Shown here piece by piece: positions 20,301-27,800 of a DNA stretch of 64,000 nt. How positions within the stretch are numbered: position 1 is the first letter of the stretch; each line of letters begins with the position of its first letter. Below the pieces are notes generated by a model. The model was given only the letters and a program-made list of their open reading frames with translations. It was not told the DNA's origin and did no database searches. The DNA is from a virus, in the IMG/VR virus record IMGVR_UViG_3300044641_001047, positions 1-64,000 of that record; one strand, written 5' to 3'. A program made the translations under genes and the position numbers.

Positions 20301-21823
20301 GGATCATGGTATTTAGGACGATTGCTAAATATTGCATTCTTCTTTTCTGTTGTGATAACTTTCCCACCAGACTGCACTGTCTCTGTAATAGGGAAACGAC
20401 GTAGCATTATCTTGACAGCTTGAGATAATCTTTCTTTGTGAGGTCTCTCAATTCTTTGCTGATTATGCAAGTGCTCTTGAGCTTCTTTGGCATCCAGCTC
20501 TCTAATTTCATCGTCCCCTTCTTCAATGTCTACAAGGGTGACTTTTCCACTTTTGATTATATAGCCATAGTTTCTGAGGTTTCTTTCAACCTCATCTCTC
20601 CATGCTCTGGTTATTACGTTGCCTGTCTTAGCCTCATACTTACCCCTCCAGTTATCAATAACTTTGTAGATATACTCTCGAATCTGTCTTTGGTTCTTTG
20701 CAGCAGCCAGATCTTCTTCTGACATACCTTCTACAATTGGAGGGAAGTTGTTTAACTTAAGTCCAAACTTAGCTTTGTGCTCTTTAAAAACTTTAGCAGC
20801 CTCATCCATCTTATCTTTGAACTCAGGCCTCTTAGTATTCTCATAAGCAATTCTGTACTTATTGTATTCTTTTTCTAAAGTAAGTGCCTCTCTGAGTGGA
20901 GTGATATCTTTTCCCTTAGCTTCTCTTCCATCCTTGTATCTATAAAGATGGCTAAGCAATCCATGTACAATAGTTCCAGCAGTTTTATTATCCCCAAGTA
21001 TGAGATTGATATCTGGGTTCTTCCAGTTTTGAATATCCTGAACCACCATATCAGAGATACCTTCTATGATCTCCTCTACAACTTCAGATGGCATTCCCTG
21101 TACGTGCATTTCAGGACTAATGTCACTCTTCATAAGCTCAGGGTTACGAAGAATCTTTCTCCCCAAAAGGTCGTAGTTGGTTTTGCTATTTCTAAGAAGA
21201 GAGTAAGTCTGCTTAAGAGTTACATTATCTGTAAGCATAGCTTTTATGAAATCAAATAGGTCACTAAACCACTGCTTAATCTTCTGTGGAATAGTCTTAC
21301 TGCTTTCTCCCTCTGTAAGCATGTGCATTCTGAATCCTTCAGCCATCTTCTCCTCGAGTACAAGGTTGTAGGCTTCTTCATCAGATATATCGGGGAACTG
21401 ATTCTTTCTAGCTGTTACTTCTTCATCGGTTGGCTTACCAAATTCTCTCGATGTCTCAGCATATAGGAGAGATCTCTGAGCATCAGACAGCATTGTACGG
21501 AACATCAAGTGATATCCCTCGTGGAACTCAGCACCAACCTCTGCAGCCTTCCATACATTAATTGCCCCGTTGGTTACGTGGCCATGCACAATTCTGTTAC
21601 CAATTTGCTTTATGTAGTCGTAATAAAATATTTTATCCTCACCAAAGGTGTTTTTAACCCATGCAGTAGCTTTTTCTCTTCCTATACTTTCTGGAGTTTG
21701 GCCATAAAATTCAAGGGGCACTTCTCCGTTATATATACTCCATAGAGTATACGGATTTTCTACACCAGATTCTACCAGCTCTTTCCATTCAGGAAGACTT
21801 TCAATAGGACAAGATATACCCAT
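14375..21823 (-). CDS. Virion RNA polymerase (crAss-type single-chain two-barrel RNAP) with N-terminal zincin-like domain
   Basis: 2482 aa. Catalytic GSDFDVDK (DFDVD at 16631-16645) preceded by GYRIPNQ; TDG and KPLKP motifs; N-terminal FHEGYH (HEGYH at 21509-21523). Comparable to phi14:2 gp66 (DFDID). Confidence 0.92.
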   Translation of the reverse strand: MGISCPIESLPEWKELVESGVENPYTLWSIYNGEVPLEFYGQTPESIGREKATAWVKNTFGEDKIFYYDYIKQIGNRIVHGHVTNGAINVWKAAEVGAEFHEGYHLMFRTMLSDAQRSLLYAETSREFGKPTDEEVTARKNQFPDISDEEAYNLVLEEKMAEGFRMHMLTEGESSKTIPQKIKQWFSDLFDFIKAMLTDNVTLKQTYSLLRNSKTNYDLLGRKILRNPELMKSDISPEMHVQGMPSEVVEEIIEGISDMVVQDIQNWKNPDINLILGDNKTAGTIVHGLLSHLYRYKDGREAKGKDITPLREALTLEKEYNKYRIAYENTKRPEFKDKMDEAAKVFKEHKAKFGLKLNNFPPIVEGMSEEDLAAAKNQRQIREYIYKVIDNWRGKYEAKTGNVITRAWRDEVERNLRNYGYIIKSGKVTLVDIEEGDDEIRELDAKEAQEHLHNQQRIERPHKERLSQAVKIMLRRFPITETVQSGGKVITTEKKNAIFSNRPKYHDPNFVYKQLLELWSDTGTFEEMMIKLENFALHRDDYKSIARGIRRMSPKEKSALFSNFATTVNKTHIVIMGKKSKIFDSNVTTTEQKAVRKWRNNAIQVDGQAIENSESRALYNKNVEENEQGEDKSTFTVNKSKLEAVKESFKTLSEIRKKRSSQDKDFLPSKEGEPSVAVIALANTLWNLGINFGNDYNIDETIDNLQSLMSAGMYVRQKKKGLEKLNGKGLFDYIVENSGLYSIISSFVEVETDSKGVPLFGDTKKDITPFFDTEKSGVKFLGSLAPLFMSNSAESHVNGEGKAIWPIQHRTPVDDIIINIKTDVEKNGENALKLQKTDPFHIHDHKSGTDGYSMIYRHMILNPQYLSDLRTVSADVIKRADEAEGEAYGNFNTIDHIFTRLYHFINNGKEDYFYCAIPTQADREDLEFMLMPRLRGHGNTKLDYKTNSLVFRDMILQDLLRIRQAQRTIDDPNATKAIDYHTGKMLGIDGSGKYMQLDGINSKTGERIVQDYMIKSNGVQMKMSDYVEDYIKVKKAGETPTGDLKQFENLMSQMISNLTLFYDQAAEVMAKKIIQSGRYGDVDLKEAKRFSKLKEADEAEALEGLSKEDTAVMKKVLTIKGLLKEFIIHEDVGTAEIIKLTRGNRAAFASLDAFTKRQRLLGTPGTLTAIRGTLGVKPADGVEEYGMIPEFNESTFLDPRGNITKAIEEFSKSYVSRTMGKLKSIINPKTGDPYTDDDIAFMLGYNPGTFEDTDGLAIISIDMYRYIAEGLGEWGENEIEAFRAYKKRGSIGGIVYQENFVPKGMKAGDPVIIKPLKPYYEDVKSVGGVLLTEIQKNAYFPLVEDYTRSFPIMDDVRQRMELSGAYAGRNDLQPVHVFNAFSTKKSLKTEPYNLSKNTEIVYENGQEVERYRPGMMEDVVIIKQDSSKLRFPQIIPDPKGTSDVIFNRQAKKNSIANVDPAGLYYYNSGLEGSVEVVGDVMTQIYHNAIEEKIRRDMESVDKEIGLDKFRKAIANLVEGHKVKGKVNISHLKSSEDFINAKLELLKNIRTILEKQAIERDMSQNYLDALDITIDPDTLIPRFAIPLDYPVFGKKFQSALLSIYNNNVFKQRLSGTEAVQTAALGGFETNETLKFLEIEDDPNNTKYGVRLAHAEIMIRADVLRKFNLPEGEINLDNIPEELRRIIGYRIPNQDKASMVILKIKAVLPDNYAKAIVVPPQLVKLMGSDFDVDKMFLLFPEVSMKDGVMVKESANYAELASNPELVTKLNEKQLNNIFIDTMEAVLSSPIHFSETLSPLDTAALGNIKDSILEKMPDLEDIPMFTGGMYHTNSAVRNLLGNKLRGKWSNALAGRNVAQHLDINLFDSFAVKIAGEKINTKFLTQVDNPFAAYDHLEFTDKIISRYLNAAVDASKNPFHYIINDNEVTFPVEVLWINFYGDTELMHFFLNQPIIRDFVNIMSDKYNNNLAMVNNGYRQAAALHGINPETEIANNYKRIERTTAMSREDIMNFTLPPAVALRNFMKMYSGGRQIVEMFKVITPDSMDGLNRVEAMQAYMERMEKFANPKDGFVDNAPIALYGRNMSESIIEQVLDEDSPYGLQRGYYKMISETLGVASILFPMTLSSEFIGFKNTLRKIAAPPTNTFTSDQHRDINSAIIFTILTRQDSPLKAFFGKGYSDENYRTSKNKSTLLKQMSMILKKYPKLAGNEFFVKITEDPDNKNSKTFRSLQFDAQQQYTVNEKDRIINDLTDMLYRPEKFLPRLRKGATEKEIAERKKGVEDIKTLGNKLAMHTLIANGFKQTPFNFADLLPPRFLTQPMDRTAEDLEPISISDYLHEQAMKMANGRYFEGEDMLRFLRIFGEMRPGGSNLLQRKNFDEVGKPDKEIDINLEEYSSIPSALVVRTKTDSDVYILGSISKDGKIGKYMVLGKTTNEKKHLVGGATLYPRVVGKSKPIDSVIEKLDVFLDNTMDEEKKGDITQICML

Positions 21824-21825
21824 GT

Positions 21826-24800
21826 TTATTTTTTCTTTTTATTACAAAGTTTATTTACAACTTCCTCTTGTATTTTTTTAGCTTCTTTTTCATTAATATC
21901 TATATCCAACATTTGTTTTACAAAAAATACAAAAGAGGCATTGTCCATAGCACCCATTTGAATTATTTGAGCTTTTAATTGAGCAGCACCATCACCCGAT
22001 GGGCCATTTGAAGCTTTTGCAGATATTATAGATTTTGCAATATTATCCTTAGTAATCTCACCTCCGTCCTCAGTTGAAGTATCTTCATCCTCATCTTCAT
22101 CTTCTTCAACTTCTCTTACCTTCTTAGTAATATTCTTTACAGGACTCTTCTTTTTAGAGTGGTTGGCAATAGCTGGATCGGAGCTTTTCTTAGCCTCTTT
22201 GTAGGCAAAGCTTACTTTTTTGTCTAGTACGTCTCCAAAATTAAGATTCAAAGTAAACTTCTTTTCTACAAAGTTACTAACTTTTAAGATAGTTCCATCA
22301 TCATCATACCTTAAAGGTATAAGTAAGGTACTTCCTTTTCTAACCATTGTAGATACATTGTTCTGTTTAGCATGCCCGTTGAACATATAAGCATAAACAC
22401 TTAGCTGTGCACCATGCTGGTCTCTCTTTGATCTACCATACTTAGTCTCCTCGTAGTTTTCAAGTCCAGAAGCTGTAAGAGTTTTTATATCATATATACG
22501 GTACTCCCCTTTTCTATCCTTAGTAAGAATGTCAAAGGTTCCAGCTATGTTTGGGTAGTTAGGATCAGTGTTGTATACAACCATCTCTACAGCAATTACT
22601 GTTTCTCCTCTTCCCCTTAGCATGCTTTGGATAGCTTTAGCTTGAGTTATAAGGTCGAGATAAGCTACTGAGGACACACCAGCTGGTTTAGTAGCAGGCT
22701 TACCCATAAGTAGGTTTTCAACTAAAGAGTGTACTAACTTACCAGCAGATGATGAGGCTTTCTGAGTTTCAGCAGATCCAGTAAATGGTTCTGATGTCAT
22801 CTTGGATGCCCTTTCGTATTCCTCCCCATTGATAATGTAATGAGTTTCCTCCCCTGTCACGGGATCTTTTTTCATTTCTTCACGGTGTTGATTCTTCTTT
22901 ATATCAGTAAGAATCTCTACCATAGGATCCCCTTTCTCCTCTTCTACCTCAGCAATAGTTCCACTAAGTCCTTGGCTTTTAATCTTTTTGCCAACAACTA
23001 CTTTTTCGTCATCTTCTTCTGTCTCTACAGTTTTAGTTCTTCTACGATTGATAGCCTTTTCCAGAGAGCTTGAATTGCTATCAGTATCTTCTTGTTCTTC
23101 TTCCTCTTCCTCCTCTATTCTCTTAGCTACTTCTCCAATTTCGTCATCATCTAGCAAAGCATTAGTAGAGTCAACTTGGTTGTCCTCCTCATCCATATCG
23201 GATTCGTTTGTATAATCCTCCTGCTCTTTAACTAAAGGTTCTTGTTTGGTAATCTTAGCTTTAGTTACTGTTCTAGAAGTTGTTGGCTTTTCATTTTCTG
23301 CAGCCTGTGCCTTGAATCCTTTTTCATCTGTAATCTCCCCAAAGTTCATCACCACATCAAAGTATGGGGAGAATGTTTTAGGGTTAAGATACACATCAGA
23401 GCTAAGTATACCTGAGTGTCCCTGATCTTTTTCCATATCAGAGATTTCATCAGGGTGAGTTAAATAGTCTAAGTAAGAAGCATATACTAAGCCAGTTACT
23501 TTACTTTCGTATTCGGGGTTTTCAGTTAGAAGGTTAATATCTACTTGATACCTTCTCTTCATTATAGCCTCTTTAAATGCAGAAGCTATTGATCCCATAT
23601 GAGCAGTCCAGTCACTTCTTCCTTCTATTGGTTCAAAGTTTAGACCTCCTTCTTCACCTCTTACTGCTTCTACAAATTGGAATTTAACAAAGCTATCAGG
23701 TTCAGTTAAAGCTAGAGCTAATTGGTCAGAGCTAATAGTAATATAAGTTTCTGCAGAAGGTAGCCAGAAGGTATAGCCTCTTGGAGCTTCTGGGTCAGAC
23801 TTCTCACCATATACTTGTTCAAAAATTAGGTTCCTATTTGCATCATCAATAGCAGCTTCTGCAACTTCGTTGAAACCTACAATCTCTGCTACATCTCCAG
23901 CTCTATCATCTGTAATAGCTTCTACTACTGCATTGTATCCAACCTCAGTCATTTTCTTGGTAGTAGCCCTTATATAAGACAGATCTCCATTTGGGGTACG
24001 AACCAAGATTGCCACTTTACCTAAGTCAGCAGTTGACAATCGTGACAGCAAGTCACCTGGGATTGTTTCATCCTCTTTAAGAACATCCCCTCGGTTTGTC
24101 ACCTCCCACTTTGGTTCTTTTTTGTAGGTTCTAGCAACAAGCAATGTAGGGGTATAAAGTATATTCCCATCTTCATCTACTGGGACAGGATCAAAGAAGA
24201 ATACATTGCCATCCTCAGTCGCTGCATTAGCAATGTTCTGAGAGTCTACATATTTATTAGTAAGAATGGTTGTAGGAATTTTGCCGTTATCCCAAAGATT
24301 GTAGATAGTCTCCCTATCCATAGATCTGCTAGGATTAGAAGGGTTATAACCTTCAAGCAATCCAACTCTTTTAAATCCATCTTTTGTTCTAACTGCTACA
24401 AATATTGGAATGTTTTTCCAGTATTCTGACTCAGATACATTTGGATTATTTTTTACAAATTTCTGCCACCACTCAGTTTCTGGATTAACTTCAAATCGTA
24501 CTTCTGCACCATTTTCTACTATGTCAGAATCAGTCAATAGCTCAGGGAAAATTTGAATTGGAACCCATTTACCATTTTTTAATTCAAACTGTTGTCTTCC
24601 ATCTTTGCCATTAGTTCCATAGTAAGAACTATTAGGAATCGGAGTACCATCCTCGTCAACAAGAATATTATCATAACCGTTAGCATACTCATGTTGGGTT
24701 TTAATTACTGCGATGCTACTCTGGTTCTCTGAATTTTTAACTTCTTCATGAACCGTTTTCTTTCTAAATTGAATGTTACCCTCATCCTCTTCTGGATCTG

Positions 24801-27800
24801 AATCATCAGGCGTCTCTTCTTCTTCCGTTTCAAAACTTTTTGAATTGAATATATCTTGTGTTTCTCCAGTTTCTATGAATACTGGGTTGTCAATTATTTC
24901 AGGGAGTAATGGTGCTACTTCATTTACGTCCACTGTTTCGCCTTCAGGTACTTGAACAGCTCCTTGATTCGTTGTTCCAGATCCTTGTTCTTGAGCAAGT
25001 TGCGAAGCTCTTTGGGAGTCTTGTACATCTTTGCTAGCTTGACTTGATTTTCTATATTCATACTCTTCGGTTAACTTGTTTTTATGACTCTGTTGAATTT
25101 CTCTTTCAGCTCTTGCAACTTCTAAATCTTTTGTAAGCTTTTCAATCTTTTCTCCGTTTACAGGAGAAGCCATTCCTAGTTTTATACTTGCATCTAATGC
25201 TGCAATTTGCTGCTCAAGCCCTATAATAGTTTCGTTTGCAAGATCGATTAAAAGTTCAGCTTCCCCAATTTTATTTTTAATTTCATTCTCAGCTTCCTCA
25301 GACATTTGACCACCTTGATCTTCCGTAGGTTCACTAACAGGAGACAACTGTGTTCTTTTAAAGTAATCTTTAGTTATGGCTTGGAATGCTTTAAGAGTTG
25401 TAGAATACATTGCTCTTGCTCTCTGCACATCTGGATCTTGGTTCATTTCGGCCATGGTCTTACCCTGCCTCATGAACTTCTCCTTAGCCATATTATAAAC
25501 AGAAAGGATGTCAAGAAGATGAGTTCTATGACTATCCATCAACTTCTGTAAAGCTTTATCAGTTATAACATTAGGATCGTACTTAGCCTTACTTCTTAAT
25601 GCCTCAGATAAATTTTGCAATGCATTAAGTCTAGATTGAATCTGCTTTCTAAGTTCTACTTCACTAAGTCCTAAGCTTTCTATAGTTCCTTGAGACTGAT
25701 AAGCCATCAGGATTATCTCTGCAAGTTCTTTTGCAACAGTATCTTTAAACTCAACTGTTTGGTTTTGCTCATTGTGCAGTACTACTTGAGATACTATAAT
25801 AGAACCTGTAAGAGCACTAGCGGGTTTATATTCTGTTATACCCTCTGTCTTAATATCTTCTAGCATCTGTGGATAAGATGCAGCATGCCTATCTATTGTC
25901 TCATCGGATACATTTGCTCTGTTAACTCCTGCTGCGATATCTGCTTTTATTCTTTGTTTAGCTAATTCAGCATTTAAAGGCATTAACTTATACTGAATAT
26001 TAGCACCAGGTATTGCTTTTTTAACAGCCTCTATAAACGGTCTTCTTTTTTCTTTAGTTAAATTGGTGGTATCAAATACCACCTGTTTACCATTCTTCAC
26101 AGCTTCTACTGCTCTTTTAGCAGCTTCAATGTAAATTTCTTTATCTTTAGATTTATCATTTATATCTCCTGTAAACTCAGCTCTCATATCATCAGGAGAA
26201 ATAACTACTAAATTTTCTTGAGGTAAACTTTTTATAAAAGTAGATTTCCCACTTCCAGAAGTTCCTATAGGTAAAATAATATCAGCTTTAGTAGTCGTAG
26301 AGGTGCTGCTTGTTTTAGGTTTAGAAGAAGTAATCTTTTTACCTAATTGTTGTTCTACATGCTTTCCAATTATGTCAACAAATTCATTTGCTAACTGATT
26401 AGTAAGTGCAGCATATCTTTTTTCTACAGCTACAGTTCTTCTATCAGCAGAAGATATATCAGTAGTATTTATTTTACTTAACTCTCCTGCTAAAGGTCTT
26501 AATGCATCTAGTCTTTTTTTATCCTCTTCACTAAGAAAATCAAACTCATTAAGATTTAAGTCTGCTAATACAATTAAATTATCAGCAACTTTTCCCATTG
26601 AAGCTTTAAAAGCATTTAATCTACCTTTAGGCCTAGCTCCTTCATAAAAATCAGATGGCAATACTACTTTAGCATTTCCATAGCCATCTAATCTTTCATT
26701 AAGTCCTTCTATAGGTGTTTTTGTGTTATCATCTGCAGCAGGAGTTTCAGACTGCATGTCCCATTCATAGCCATACCTAATAGCATCTACTGGGTTTTCA
26801 TTAAGGTTCTGATATACTGTCCCGTTAACTCTTATTGTTCTTCCATCGGTACTAAGTAATGCAAAGCTATTTTCATAAACCTTCCCACTTAAATCTGGAT
26901 CTGCTTTCTCATCAGCTTCTTCAGAGAATCCTTTCTTAAGTGCATCTTCTGCTTCTTTCTTAGCAGCTGCTTCAGCAGGAGTTAACTCTCCTTCTTTTAT
27001 ATCTTTCTGCTCAAGACTTTCATTTTTCTTAGCTTCAAGAACAGCAAGTAGTGCTGCAGCTTTAGCAGGAGATTCTTCTTCAATACTTTCAATATCTGCA
27101 ACTAACTCTTCAAGAACCTCCAGTGGGATGTCTTGATAGTCTTTCATGTACTTATCCTCTATAGCCTTAAGCTCTTTATATTTCTTTCTAACCTTAGCTT
27201 TCATTTCAGGACTAAGGTTTTCATGATCTATAAGTTCATCAAGTTCTCTAGTAGAATCTGCATTGTCAACAATTGAGTCAGCTTCTTTATTTGACTTTGC
27301 TACTTTAGCTCGTTGCTCAGCAGCTTGTTTAGCAGCTAGAACAATTTCTCTTTTTTCTGGAGATTTTATCAGCTCGTCAAATGCAGTAGATGCAAGTTCT
27401 CTTGTATATATTCCTGTAATAAAGTCAGCAAGAGCCTTATCAAAGTCCATCTTCTGCAGCTTATCTAAGGTTTCAGATTCTTCTACTGCTGTCCTAAGAG
27501 CTCCAGTTAAACTTTCATTCTCTTTAATATTCTTCTTCTTTGCAGCCTCTTCCGTGGTTGGGTCAGGCTTTGGTTCCCCTTCTTTCTTCTCTTGCTCCTC
27601 TACATCACTAACACTTACGTCAACCAAAGATTTAGGGAGAACTAGATTACCCTGTGCATCTGCTGTTATTTGGTTTCTTTTTATTAGAGTTACAAGTTTA
27701 TTTCTGTCAAAATTTTTAAGAGCTGGAGATAGAGATACTAGTTTTTCATATGCATCGTTAATCTCCTCATCTCTAGTCTCCATACTAATCATGTTAGTAA

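Noticed and set aside
21841-21853. TAAACTTTGTA upstream of vRNAP as another -7 promoter
   Set aside because: Spacing is TA-N3-TTTG rather than TA-N2-TTTG, and it lies in coding sequence constrained by the NKLC peptide
22260-22860. Cas4 / CRISPR adaptation gene
   Set aside because: The domain lacks the four Fe-S cysteines of Cas4 and there is no cas1 or array. It is a generic RecB-family nuclease domain.
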